NCBI GenBank assembly: GCA_050633245.1
Contig: JBOEGD010000012.1
Span: forward strand, 96,001-160,000
Direction: 5' to 3'
Length of the DNA: 64,000 nucleotides
From: Calditrichia bacterium
Lineage (GTDB): Bacteria; Calditrichota; Calditrichia; RBG-13-44-9; J075
Shown here: piece by piece, positions 10,809 through 20,853 of the stretch
Layout: each line of letters begins with the position of its first letter
How positions within the stretch are numbered: position 1 is the stretch's first letter
Position numbers and translations under genes: made by a program
The notes under the pieces: generated by a model
Told to the model about the DNA's origin: nothing
The model's database searches: none
Seen by the model: only the letters and a program-made list of their open reading frames with translations

Positions 10809-13800
10809 ATGAAAACTCCTCTTGTAGCCCCAATTGGGCTACTTATTGCTATATTATTTTCTTTTTCTTCACTACAGGCACAAACAACCTATGTCTGGTC
10901 CTCTTCTAATGGCGATTATTCCGCACCTCAAAACTGGTCGCCAAATGGCGTGCCCGGATCGGCTGATACGGTAATGCTCGCCTCTGGCTTCCTGACGTTG
11001 GACATGTCCACAAGCATCAGCAAACTTGAAATGACGGGCGGTATACTTCAGGGAGCCAAATCCCTGACCATATCCGAAACTGCGATTTGGAGCGATGGTG
11101 ACATTACAATTAGCGATACGCTTCTGATAGACTCAACTGCCACCATGTTAATCAGTGGTTCTAACAAGGACTTAAACGGCACAACCTTGCTAAACTTCGG
11201 AAATGTTATCTGGGCTGAAGATGGACGAATCTCTCTGAAGAACCATGCGGAAATAGTGAATCATAACAGCCTGGAGATTACCGGTAATGCGTTAATTGAT
11301 TATGTCTTACCGGATAGTGGCGGCACTTTTACAAACTTTGGCAACATATTAAAAACAAGCAACGGACTAAGCACAATAGACGGCAGGTTTTCTCAAAACG
11401 GGAGCATTGACGTTCAGGCAGGCACGCTGAGATTTGAGCGTGGAAGTAATTCTACTATCAAGGGCACAATACAGATTCAGCCGATGGCGGAAGTTCAATT
11501 CGATGAACGCACCTTCCTGATTGACTCATTATACATATCCGGTGGCGGTCTATGCATTATCGAAGATGCAACGTTCCAGCTGTTAAATAAAGGGCTGACC
11601 GTCGAACAAGATGGACATATCGTATTTGAGCGCGACGATTTTCTAATTGAAGGCAGTGGACCACTAACAATCGACGGATTTGCTGAGTGGCGACGCGGCA
11701 CGATCTCCGGAAGCGGTGGCATCAGTCTAAACGGCACGCTTACCATGAATGGTGCTGCAGTTACGCTATCAGGACAAACGTTAAACAACAACGGTCTGCT
11801 GGGTTGGGAGAGTACCGGTGCTCTCTTAATTGCGGATAGCGCAATTGTTAACAATCTAGCCAGCGGTGTTTTTGAAATTCAGAACAATGAAAATATCAGA
11901 CCGTCAGTAAATGGAGACGGAGCTTTCAACAACTATGGCTTGCTCAATAAAAGCTCTGGTGGAGGCGTAACAATCTTCGAGCTGCCGTTTAATAATTATG
12001 GCAGCATGACTACAATACAGGACGGAAGTATTATCGCTGAGTTCGGCGGAGAACATATAAATAGCACGCTTACGACCGGGAGTAGTGCCGCGTTCTCCTT
12101 TGACTCTAAGACTAATGTTATCAGCAATGTGATAATGGATGGCGATGGGATCGTCTACATTAATGGCGCTACGCTTGACGTGCAATCCGGTGGATTAATT
12201 GTTGGACCAACCGCGACACTCGAGCTGGACGCAGGAATTCTATCTCTTTCCTCCAAAGTTATAATAGACGGGGAGTTCCGATGGCTAAAAGGCGTTGTTC
12301 GTGGTCAGGATACGCTACAGGTTTCATCTACGCTCACGCTAATCGAGGATCCGGCAAAAGATCTTAGCGAAACGGTAATTCACAATCTCGGCACTATCAA
12401 CTGGATTGGCAGAGGTGATTTAAAGTTGCGCGATCAGGCTGGAATAATAAATTCTGCGGGTGCCACAATTGACTTCCAAAGCAATGCCTTGCTAGACTTT
12501 GTTCTTGTAGACAATGGCGGCTGGCTTATCAATGATGGGCTGTTGGTAAAAAGCACTGGTAATGGAGAGACAAATATCGATGCGGTTTTCACCAATAGAG
12601 GTCGGTTGGACGTGCAAACGGGCAAGGTGCGAATTGAAAGAGGAAGCGACAACATCAGCAGCGGTATTTTTAACGTTGCCGAAAATACAGTTCTCGAAAT
12701 CTCAGAGCGACGCTTTATTGCGGATGACCTCACATTCACAGGTGCCGGACATGTTCACATGGTAGATGATGTTGTAATCGAAGTGCGCAATAGCGGTATT
12801 AAAAGCGACACCGGAGTGGTGCTCAGGCTTGATGATTCACAAGCTCAAATAGAAGGCGATGCACCTGTAACTATAGATGGAGAATTTGAATGGTTTAGCG
12901 GATCCATTGCAATAACCGATACAATTTGGCTGAATGGAATCGCTCGTTTTGATGACCTCCGATTGAAAATTCTTCGCGATGCGTTTATGTCAATTTCCGG
13001 AGAAGCAACTTGGTACGGTGATGGTGACATTCGCGTGCTTAACGGTTCCATTATTCAGGTAGAATCAAGCGGTCGCTTCAATCTGCAAAATAGCGGCGTC
13101 ATGGAATACGGGTTTTCTAATGCCGGAGGACTTATCAACTTTGGTGTGATATCGAAAGAACCGGATAGCTCTTTCGCTTCTATTGATGTGGAGCTGCAAA
13201 ATTTTGGTATCCTTCAGCTCAATGAAGACACGCTTCGCTGCACAGATGAATTAATAATTGCCCCCGGAGCCAGCATTACTGGTAACGGCACACTAGATGT
13301 GCTACTGGGAACATTTGAACATCAAGGCAATACGAATCCGGGCTACAACTCCAAAGATACGCTGGGTTTTGTTGGACGCTATCAGCCACTCACCGATGCG
13401 GTTCTAACCATCGAGCTAGGCGACAGTTCGGCTGATAAGCTGAAAATAACCGGTATCGCTCCACTAAACGGAATTCTTAATGTGCAGCTTGCCGACGGCT
13501 TCATTCCCGCAATTGGAGATACCTTTGAAATCATGTCTGCGAATCAAATTTACGGCAGCTTTACAACGACCAATCTTCCTTCCCTTGGAGCAATTCCGAT
13601 CTTTGAGCTGAGTTATGAACCCACGCGGATCTTACTTGTTTGCATAAACAACTCCAAGGTCGCTGTTAATTTAAATATCGCACTTCAGGGAGCCTGGACA
13701 AGTGCCGACAGCATGCACCAGGAATTAAATAGGCAGAACCTGCTTCCTACAACTCAGCCATATAACCGAACACCGTGGTTCTATGAGGGGTCGGAAGCGA

Positions 13801-14324
13801 ATGATAGCCTGCCGTCAAATATAGTTGACTGGGTTCTTGTCGAGATACAAAATCAGTCGTTTCAGACAACTGCGCGAAAAGCGGCCTTACTTAAAACAGA
13901 CGGAAGTATTGTTGAAGCAGATGGCAGCAGTAATTTGTGTATTAGTCAGGAAGAGGATTCTCTTTATGTAATTGTGCATCATCGACATCACCTTCCGATA
14001 ATGACGGCAACCCCCATAATGTTAACAGCGACAGCAACAGCGTTCGATTTCACCTCAGATCAGACTCAGGCATTTGGAACAGAGCCAATGATCGAAGTAT
14101 CTCCTGGCGTCTTTGCACTTCCCGGTGGCAATGGTTCCCCGGATGGCTCTATTGACCTTGACGATATCAACATAATCTGGTCTTCCCAGGCAGGAACGCG
14201 AGGCTATATATTCGGCGACTTCAATATGAACGGTGAAGTACAGAATGACGACAAAAATCTATTGTGGAAAAAATCCCGCGGAAAAACGTCCCAAATCCCA
14301 TCCACTGTCCAGGCTAAACGCTAA
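10809..14324 (+). CDS. Large secreted beta-strand-repeat protein with C-terminal dockerin-like duplication (A2), paralog of A1
   Basis: Signal peptide; NWSPNGVP; shares GTLRFERG, QPYN..PW.Y.G.E, VDWVLVE and HHRHHL motifs with A1; tail GNGSPDGSIDLDD...GDFNMNGEVQNDDK. Confidence 0.8.
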   Translation: MKTPLVAPIGLLIAILFSFSSLQAQTTYVWSSSNGDYSAPQNWSPNGVPGSADTVMLASGFLTLDMSTSISKLEMTGGILQGAKSLTISETAIWSDGDITISDTLLIDSTATMLISGSNKDLNGTTLLNFGNVIWAEDGRISLKNHAEIVNHNSLEITGNALIDYVLPDSGGTFTNFGNILKTSNGLSTIDGRFSQNGSIDVQAGTLRFERGSNSTIKGTIQIQPMAEVQFDERTFLIDSLYISGGGLCIIEDATFQLLNKGLTVEQDGHIVFERDDFLIEGSGPLTIDGFAEWRRGTISGSGGISLNGTLTMNGAAVTLSGQTLNNNGLLGWESTGALLIADSAIVNNLASGVFEIQNNENIRPSVNGDGAFNNYGLLNKSSGGGVTIFELPFNNYGSMTTIQDGSIIAEFGGEHINSTLTTGSSAAFSFDSKTNVISNVIMDGDGIVYINGATLDVQSGGLIVGPTATLELDAGILSLSSKVIIDGEFRWLKGVVRGQDTLQVSSTLTLIEDPAKDLSETVIHNLGTINWIGRGDLKLRDQAGIINSAGATIDFQSNALLDFVLVDNGGWLINDGLLVKSTGNGETNIDAVFTNRGRLDVQTGKVRIERGSDNISSGIFNVAENTVLEISERRFIADDLTFTGAGHVHMVDDVVIEVRNSGIKSDTGVVLRLDDSQAQIEGDAPVTIDGEFEWFSGSIAITDTIWLNGIARFDDLRLKILRDAFMSISGEATWYGDGDIRVLNGSIIQVESSGRFNLQNSGVMEYGFSNAGGLINFGVISKEPDSSFASIDVELQNFGILQLNEDTLRCTDELIIAPGASITGNGTLDVLLGTFEHQGNTNPGYNSKDTLGFVGRYQPLTDAVLTIELGDSSADKLKITGIAPLNGILNVQLADGFIPAIGDTFEIMSANQIYGSFTTTNLPSLGAIPIFELSYEPTRILLVCINNSKVAVNLNIALQGAWTSADSMHQELNRQNLLPTTQPYNRTPWFYEGSEANDSLPSNIVDWVLVEIQNQSFQTTARKAALLKTDGSIVEADGSSNLCISQEEDSLYVIVHHRHHLPIMTATPIMLTATATAFDFTSDQTQAFGTEPMIEVSPGVFALPGGNGSPDGSIDLDDINIIWSSQAGTRGYIFGDFNMNGEVQNDDKNLLWKKSRGKTSQIPSTVQAKR

Positions 14325-14331
14325 CAAATAA

Positions 14332-14373
14332 ACTCCCCTGCCCTATCTGGCTCAGGGGAGTAAATATTTTTTT
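14332..14373 (+). terminator. Rho-independent terminator
   Basis: ACTCCCCTG...CAGGGGAGT stem followed shortly by a T-run. Confidence 0.6.
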
Positions 14374-14446
14374 CGTTTTCTATTCCCCTCTGCCTCGCTA
14401 TAATAGGGCGCATCAATTGACTAGCCGCTTAACGCCCGGGTTTGAA

Positions 14447-15724
14447 ATGGCCATCCTGTTCTTAATTTTCTATAACATCATTGTGCTGCCGCTTCTCGCT
14501 CTCGCGGCTCACGTTGCCGCCATGTTTAGCAAAAAGATACGCAGAGGTGTTCTCGGTCGCTATCAATCGCTTCGTAAAATAAGAGCATTCAGGCAATTAT
14601 TTCCCTCAGACACAAAAATGTTTCTCGTTCACTGCGCCTCGATGGGGGAATTTGAGCACACCAGACCGGTCTTACAAAAGCTGAAAGAAGCCTTTCCCGA
14701 AAGTAAAACGATCGTCATGTTCTTTTCTCCTTCCGGCTATGAGAATCGACAGGAAACACCAGGCGTCGACCTGTTCATCTACACACCTTTCGACTGGGCG
14801 TTCACTATGCGTCGCCTCTTCCGCGCAGTTAACCCCGCCGCACTTCTCATAGCACGCTACGATGTGTGGCCCGGTCAGGTTATACAGGCACAATTCTCTG
14901 GCATACCGGCTATTCTCGTCAACGCATCGATCTACAAGAAATCCAGTCGCCTGACACCCTGGTTGCTGGGAATACAGCGATTAATCTATCGCCATTTAAG
15001 CGCCGTTCTTGCAATCTCAACAGAGGATGGACAGCGCTTTGCGCTTCTTATTAGCGCAGAGAAAATCAGCGTTACCGGCGATACGAAGTACGAACAAGTG
15101 TTGGCAAGAAGAGATGAAATTACAAAAGACCCGCTGGTTCCCGAAAAAGTAAGTGCTAATAAAGTAGTCTTCGTAGCAGGAAGCAGCTGGTCGGAAGGAG
15201 AAGCTCACTTCATTCCGGCATTGAAGGCACATGCTGGTAATAAGTTTCTGACCCTGATTTGTCCTCATGAACCCACGGAAGAACACCTTTTCCACTTACA
15301 GCAACAGCTTAGTCCGCTGAAGAGCATTCGCCTCTCAGAAATAGACTCCTATTACGATGAACAGATCATATTGATTGATCGGATTGGTATTTTAGCCAAT
15401 CTGTACAAATTGGCAGACTTCGCCTATGTAGGGGGAGGCTTTAAGCAAAATGTTCATAATGTATTGGAACCGGCGGCATATGCTATTCCGGTTCTGTTTG
15501 GTCCCAACAATGAAAATTCGCGAGAAGCTCAGCTACTTAAAGCGTCCGGCGGTGGAATAGAAGTATTGGGTCAGACTGCATTCGATAAAGCGTTTGAAAT
15601 TCTTATTGGGAATAAAGAAGTGCGGGTTGAGAAAGGGATTGCAGCATTCAGCATAATCGAAAAGAACCTGGGTGCATCGGGTAATACCATAAATGCTATT
15701 CAGCTGCGACTTAAAGAGAACTAA
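14447..15724 (+). CDS. waaA: 3-deoxy-D-manno-octulosonic acid (Kdo) transferase, GT30
   Basis: HCASMGEFE, FFSPSG, YTPFD, TGDTKY, AGSSW, YVGGGF..HNVLEPA; ATG 14447 preferred over TTG 14417. Confidence 0.9.
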   Translation: MAILFLIFYNIIVLPLLALAAHVAAMFSKKIRRGVLGRYQSLRKIRAFRQLFPSDTKMFLVHCASMGEFEHTRPVLQKLKEAFPESKTIVMFFSPSGYENRQETPGVDLFIYTPFDWAFTMRRLFRAVNPAALLIARYDVWPGQVIQAQFSGIPAILVNASIYKKSSRLTPWLLGIQRLIYRHLSAVLAISTEDGQRFALLISAEKISVTGDTKYEQVLARRDEITKDPLVPEKVSANKVVFVAGSSWSEGEAHFIPALKAHAGNKFLTLICPHEPTEEHLFHLQQQLSPLKSIRLSEIDSYYDEQIILIDRIGILANLYKLADFAYVGGGFKQNVHNVLEPAAYAIPVLFGPNNENSREAQLLKASGGGIEVLGQTAFDKAFEILIGNKEVRVEKGIAAFSIIEKNLGASGNTINAIQLRLKEN

Positions 15725-15766
15725 CCGTTTTTATGCGCACTTTACCCAACATTATTGTAGAACGTC

Positions 15767-15796
15767 GCCCTGCAGAAAAACAATTTTCTGCAGGGC
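15767..15796. terminator. Hairpin between convergent genes
   Basis: GCCCTGCAGAAAA-ACAA-TTTTCTGCAGGGC, 13-bp stem. Confidence 0.5.
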
Positions 15797-16016
15797 ATTG
15801 CATACGTTCCTGTAGCAAAATTGCGATGGATCGACCAACAGGGGGCAAGGATCGTTTCACCAAACAATTTGCTACATCGGGCAAGAGCAGGGGCGCTCTT
15901 TTAGCTACATAAATGTAATCAGAGAACAAATAAGACTCAATCAGGCAATCCCTGATTTTTTTGTCATATTAAATCGACAGCGTGACTAAACGCTTCCAGT
16001 CGGCTTTTTATCCAGG

Positions 16017-16661
16017 CTAGAAATCCAGAGAGGTCAGTCCCTCTCTAATAGCATATTTTGTTAATCCGGCAATCGTATCTATTTCCAACTTTTGTTTAAT
16101 GCGCCCGCGATGCGTTTCAACCGTTTTAATGCTCACGAATAACTGTACTGCAATCTCACGCGTAGAGTTCCCTTCAACAAGTAACCTTAAAACCTCTATC
16201 TCACGTGGACTTAAATCCAGGTGGCTTTTTAGATCAACCCGCGATTTACCTGCATCTTTTGAAATGAGCATCCCGGCAATATAGGTGCTCAGGTACAGGT
16301 GGTTCCTCCATACCATGTCTACAGCGCTAAGTAGTTCCTCGAATACAGAATCTTTTAACATAAATCCCTTTGCACCGGCAGAGAGCATCGCCTTGATATC
16401 ACCAAGCGTCGCAGCGTTTGCAAGAGCAATAACCCGCGTATTCATTTTGGCTACCATCTCTCGGGTTATGTTATTGCAATCGACGCCGGAAAGCATCATA
16501 TCGAGAAGTACAATCTTGGGTCTTGTTTCCTGGACGCGCTCAAACAGTCGATTTCCATTTTTGGCTTCCCCGACGATGCGAATCGTATCAGTTTTGCCAA
16601 GAAGTTCTTTCAGACCATCGCGCACGATCTTTTGGCTATCGGTAATAAAAACATCAATCAT
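16017..16661 (-). CDS. NarL/LuxR-family response regulator (orphan)
   Basis: REC domain (VLLDMM, GFMLKD) + LuxR HTH LSPREIEVL..G.STREIA..L.VS.KTVETHR; ATG 16661 follows GAAGGAG. Confidence 0.9.
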   Translation of the reverse strand: MIDVFITDSQKIVRDGLKELLGKTDTIRIVGEAKNGNRLFERVQETRPKIVLLDMMLSGVDCNNITREMVAKMNTRVIALANAATLGDIKAMLSAGAKGFMLKDSVFEELLSAVDMVWRNHLYLSTYIAGMLISKDAGKSRVDLKSHLDLSPREIEVLRLLVEGNSTREIAVQLFVSIKTVETHRGRIKQKLEIDTIAGLTKYAIREGLTSLDF

Positions 16662-16914
16662 TATGACTCCTTCAATGAACAGGGGCGCTGTTTCATAGAA
16701 TAGATTGCCACAAAGCAACTCAGGAAAAATGGGGGAATCGGAATATCACCCGAAATCGGGAGGGGGGACGCCGAATACAAACCTTTGAAGCATTGCCTAA
16801 AACGGCAAAGCTGAAGAATTCTTGGTCTAAAATCTAAAATCAGGTAAAAGCAAGAATCCAACAGCTTGTTTCATTTCTGTGGGAGACGTATATTTAGGCT
16901 AGGAATAATACGGA

Positions 16915-17020
16915 ATACTCCGAGCCGAACTGCCTACGTCTAATAACAGAGATAGGGCACCAGGCCGATAGGGTAATTTGGGAAACGAAATTGCCTTCCG
17001 AACTTGAAAAGGAGTCATCC
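16915..17020 (+). ncRNA. Moco (molybdenum cofactor) riboswitch motif
   Basis: CTCCGAGC...AGGCC..AGGGT..GGAAAC...GCCTTCCG..TTGAAAAGGAG directly upstream of moaA, matching the Moco RNA motif layout with the RBS in the closing helix. Confidence 0.8.
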
Positions 17021-17021
17021 C

Positions 17022-18056
17022 ATGCCGCTACCGGCTACTGGCGGTCGTATGAACGACCGCATCTCTTCTGATAATATACTAATTGACAATTTCGGAAGAA
17101 AGATAAATTATGTGCGTTTGTCGGTAACCGACAAGTGCAATCTACGCTGTCTTTACTGCATGCCGGAAAAGATGCAGTTTATGCCATCCAACAACTTGCT
17201 CAGCCTGAGTGAAATGGAACGGTTAATTAATTTGCTCGCTGAGTTGGGCATCACCAAAGTTCGCATCACCGGCGGCGAACCTTTTATTCGTTCCGGAATA
17301 ATGGACTTTTTGCGGTCTATTTATAGCATTTCAGGGATAGAGAATGTTCATATTACAACAAATGGCGTATCCACTCTACCCTATGTTGCGCGACTCGCAG
17401 ATCTCGGCATCAGCGGACTCAACCTCAGCCTTGATACGTTGAATGCAGAGAAGTTCTATAAAATGACTCGCCGGGACAAGTTTGCCGAGGTACTGAAATG
17501 CCTGCACGGTATTCTTGAGGCTCAGATTCCACTGAAAGTAAATGCCGTTATCATGGAGAAGTGGAATACCGATGACATTTTGCCAATGGCAGAGTTAACA
17601 CGTCATCACCCCATAGAAATGCGCTATATCGAAGAGATGCCGTTTAATGGAACGGCCAACACACTAGATTCACTCGTCTGGAACCACGAGAAAATTCTGG
17701 CAACACTCACCGAGCATTATCCTGAAATACAGCGCATACCCATGCCGCCACATGCCACGTCTCAGCAGTATAAAATTCCCGGCCATCAGGGCATTGTCGG
17801 CATTATTGCAGGATTTAGCCGCACCTTCTGCGGCACTTGTAACCGCATTCGCGTAACGGCATCTGGTGGGATGCAAACTTGTCTCTATGGGTATGAAACG
17901 TTGAATTTTCGTGATCTCTTTCGAGCCGACCACAGTGACACTGAAGTTCAGCACATGCTGAAAGAACAGATCGGCAAACGCTTTCGCGATGGCATCGCCG
18001 CGCAGCAGCACACCCAAACGTCAACCTCCCGTTCAATGTCCCTCATTGGAGGTTAA
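17022..18056 (+). CDS. moaA: GTP 3',8-cyclase (radical SAM)
   Basis: RLSVTDKCNLRCLYCMP, RITGGEP, FCGTCNRIR..C, C-terminal MSLIGG; ATG 17022 after AAGGAG. Confidence 0.95.
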   Translation: MPLPATGGRMNDRISSDNILIDNFGRKINYVRLSVTDKCNLRCLYCMPEKMQFMPSNNLLSLSEMERLINLLAELGITKVRITGGEPFIRSGIMDFLRSIYSISGIENVHITTNGVSTLPYVARLADLGISGLNLSLDTLNAEKFYKMTRRDKFAEVLKCLHGILEAQIPLKVNAVIMEKWNTDDILPMAELTRHHPIEMRYIEEMPFNGTANTLDSLVWNHEKILATLTEHYPEIQRIPMPPHATSQQYKIPGHQGIVGIIAGFSRTFCGTCNRIRVTASGGMQTCLYGYETLNFRDLFRADHSDTEVQHMLKEQIGKRFRDGIAAQQHTQTSTSRSMSLIGG

Positions 18057-18080
18057 GGCCATTACTATCAGGAGAATTCA

Positions 18081-18989
18081 ATGATCGATATCAGCCATAA
18101 GTCTCATACGCTTCGCTACGCCAAGGCTGGAGGTGTATTGCATGCCAGCCCTGAAACGATCCAGCGCGTTCTTAAGCGAACCGTTCCAAAAGGAGAAGTG
18201 CTTGAAGTAGCTCGTGCCGCAGGCATCAATGCTGCAAAGCGGTGTTCAGACTGGATGATTTTCTGCCACACGATGCCGCTGGACTGGATCGAGTTCACGT
18301 TCGATGTAAAAGAAGATCGCATCAATGTATATGCTGAAGCAAAGGCCGTCTGGAAAACCGGCGTCGAGATGGAAGCACTCTCCGGTGTAACCGGAGCCCT
18401 GCTAAACATGTATGACATGCTTAAGCCGATCGACGAAGAATTGTCATTTGGCAATATTCGCCTCATTAAAAAGCGCGGTGGCAAAAGCGATTTTCGCGAT
18501 GGTTTTGCGAAACCAATATCGGCTGCCATTTTGGTTATTTCAGACTCAACCTTTGCAGGAGAGCGCGAAGACAAATCAGGGAAAATCATTCAGGAGTTTC
18601 TTTCAAAGCATCCGGTTGAATGTAGTGTATATGAAGTGCTTCCCGATGAGGCCGATACCATTCAGCAGCGCGTAAAGCAGCTTGTTGACGAAAAACAGAC
18701 TCAACTGGTGCTTACGACAGGGGGCACCGGACTCGGCCCGCGCGATGTTACACCGGACGCAGTAACGCCTCTTATTGAGAAGGAAGTTCCCGGTATCTCC
18801 GAAGCGCTGCGAAACTATGGACAGCAGCGGCTGCCGTATGCCATGCTCTCGCGCCAAATTTGTGGTGTACGGGGAAAAAGCATCATCCTAACGCTCCCCG
18901 GAAGCAGTGGCGGCGCTCGTGATGCGATGCAGGCCCTGTTCCCGGCAATTCTCCACAGCTTCCACATGATGGCGGGAAAAGGGCATTAA
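18081..18989 (+). CDS. moaCB: Bifunctional MoaC / MoaB-MogA molybdenum cofactor biosynthesis protein
   Basis: MIDIS.K, FCH..P, TGVEMEAL, YDMLK, KRGGKS then SD..EDKSG, TTGGTG..PRDVTPD, LPGS. Confidence 0.9.
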   Translation: MIDISHKSHTLRYAKAGGVLHASPETIQRVLKRTVPKGEVLEVARAAGINAAKRCSDWMIFCHTMPLDWIEFTFDVKEDRINVYAEAKAVWKTGVEMEALSGVTGALLNMYDMLKPIDEELSFGNIRLIKKRGGKSDFRDGFAKPISAAILVISDSTFAGEREDKSGKIIQEFLSKHPVECSVYEVLPDEADTIQQRVKQLVDEKQTQLVLTTGGTGLGPRDVTPDAVTPLIEKEVPGISEALRNYGQQRLPYAMLSRQICGVRGKSIILTLPGSSGGARDAMQALFPAILHSFHMMAGKGH

Positions 18990-19076
18990 CGCTGCCTTTT
19001 GCATTTTCACATTGGAATAAAGAGCGAAAGACAGTATTTTCAAATCTATAGTGGCCCCAAAAGACAGGATTGAAAG

Positions 19077-19940
19077 ATGGACTGGTTTCGACGAAAAAAA
19101 GGTATTGAAACAAGCGAGAAGAAGGTAATTCCCGATGGCCTTTGGATTAAGTGTCCAAGCTGCGGAGAAATTACGTATCGCCCTGAGTTGGAAAAACGAA
19201 TGTTCGTTTGCCTGAAGTGCGATCATCACTTCCGCGTTACCAGCAAAGAGTATATTCAATACTATTTCGATGAAGACAGCTTTCAGGAATTACACAAGAA
19301 TGTGACGCCGCAGGATCCTCTTAAGTTCAGAGACCAAAAACGTTACACCGACAGACTAAAAGCTGCGCAAAAAAAGACCGGTTTAAAAGACGCCGTTGTT
19401 GTGGGTAAAGCGAAGGTAGAAGGCCAAAACATTGTCGCTGCAGTAATGGACTTTTCGTTTATCGGCGGCAGTATGGGCTCGGTTGTCGGTGAAAAAATTT
19501 CACGTGCAATCGACTTGGCTCGCGAAACTCGCACGCCGCTGATAATCGTCTCGGCTTCGGGTGGTGCTCGAATGATGGAAAGCGCTATCTCGCTGATGCA
19601 AATGGCGAAAACAAGTGCCAAACTCGCTTTGCTCGATGAAGCAGGCGTTCCGTACATCGCCCTGCTTACCGATCCGACAACCGGTGGAACAACCGCCAGC
19701 TTCGCCATGCTCGGAGATATGAATTTATCCGAACCAGGTGCCCTGATCGGCTTCGCCGGACGCAACGTGATTAAGCAAACCATTCGCCAGGAGCTTCCGG
19801 AAGGATTTCAATCATCCGAATTTGTAAAAGACCACGGCTTCGTTGATGCCATCTTTCACAGACATGATATGCGTGCCTCACTTGCAAATATACTACGCCT
19901 CCTCTGGCCTGAAGGAGCGGCTCAAAAGCCAACAGAATAA
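19077..19940 (+). CDS. accD: Acetyl-CoA carboxylase carboxyltransferase beta subunit
   Basis: C4 zinc finger KCPSC..VCLKC, MDFSFIGGSMGSVVGEK, SGGARMME, PTTGG. Confidence 0.97.
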   Translation: MDWFRRKKGIETSEKKVIPDGLWIKCPSCGEITYRPELEKRMFVCLKCDHHFRVTSKEYIQYYFDEDSFQELHKNVTPQDPLKFRDQKRYTDRLKAAQKKTGLKDAVVVGKAKVEGQNIVAAVMDFSFIGGSMGSVVGEKISRAIDLARETRTPLIIVSASGGARMMESAISLMQMAKTSAKLALLDEAGVPYIALLTDPTTGGTTASFAMLGDMNLSEPGALIGFAGRNVIKQTIRQELPEGFQSSEFVKDHGFVDAIFHRHDMRASLANILRLLWPEGAAQKPTE

Positions 19941-20003
19941 CCCGAGAAATTATTACCCTGCTATATATCATATTTAGCGACGTTCGCTAAGGAGAATTCC
20001 CAA

Positions 20004-20777
20004 ATGAGCAAGAAGCCACTTATTCTCGTCAGTAATGATGACGGTATTCAATCACCGGGAATTCTCGCGCTGGCGCGTGCCATGCAACCTCTTGGGGATA
20101 CGCGTGTTATTGCACCAGACAAAGAACGAAGCGCTGTAGGGCACGCCATTACCATCTCTCATCCATTACGCGCGAAAGAATTTGAACGCGGCGGCAATTT
20201 TTTTGGGCATGCCATCGACGGCACCCCGGCAGATTGTGTGAAGCTTGGCGTTAAGGCAATCCTTGAGCGTGAACCTGATCTTGTTGTTTCAGGCATAAAT
20301 CACGGCGCTAATACAGGCATTAATGTCCACTACTCTGGAACGGTTTCTGCCGCAAAAGAAGGTACGATTCTCGGCATTCCATCTATTGCATTTTCGATGA
20401 CTCATTTTCGCCATTCAACTGACATGAGCGTTGCTGAAGAGGTTGCCACTATTATTGCAGCCAAAGTACTTGAGCATGGTCTGCCGGAAGGGACGGTGTT
20501 AAATGTGAACATCCCTCCGGTTCCGCGTGAAGAAATTCGCGGTATCAAAATTACCGAACAGGGAAAGGGACGTTTCGAGGAAGCCTTCGAAAAACGTATC
20601 GACCCGATGAATCGCACCTATTACTGGCTAGGTGGCTCAAAATTAACGCTCGATACCGATGAAAAGATGGACGATGTTGCAACTACAAACTCATATGTCT
20701 CTGTAACTCCGCTACATTATGACTTAACCCACCGCAAAATGATTCCGACACTTGAAAAGTGGAATCTAAGTTTTTAG
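20004..20777 (+). CDS. surE: 5'/3'-nucleotidase SurE
   Basis: ILVSNDDG, GTPADCV, SGINHGAN, YSGTVSAA. Confidence 0.97.
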   Translation: MSKKPLILVSNDDGIQSPGILALARAMQPLGDTRVIAPDKERSAVGHAITISHPLRAKEFERGGNFFGHAIDGTPADCVKLGVKAILEREPDLVVSGINHGANTGINVHYSGTVSAAKEGTILGIPSIAFSMTHFRHSTDMSVAEEVATIIAAKVLEHGLPEGTVLNVNIPPVPREEIRGIKITEQGKGRFEEAFEKRIDPMNRTYYWLGGSKLTLDTDEKMDDVATTNSYVSVTPLHYDLTHRKMIPTLEKWNLSF

Positions 20778-20853
20778 GTTGTCCGCGTGCTGACACGCGC
20801 TGCCCCATTCTATACAAAAAACTGTTTTCAACTTATAAAAATGAACGGACATC

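Noticed and set aside
15797-16016. Possible ncRNA or small ORF between waaA and the response regulator; CAGGGGCGCT repeated near 15888 and 16680
   Set aside because: Short inverted repeats match no RNA family I recognise, the 59-aa ORF has no RBS or motif, and a 10-mer repeat is plausible by chance
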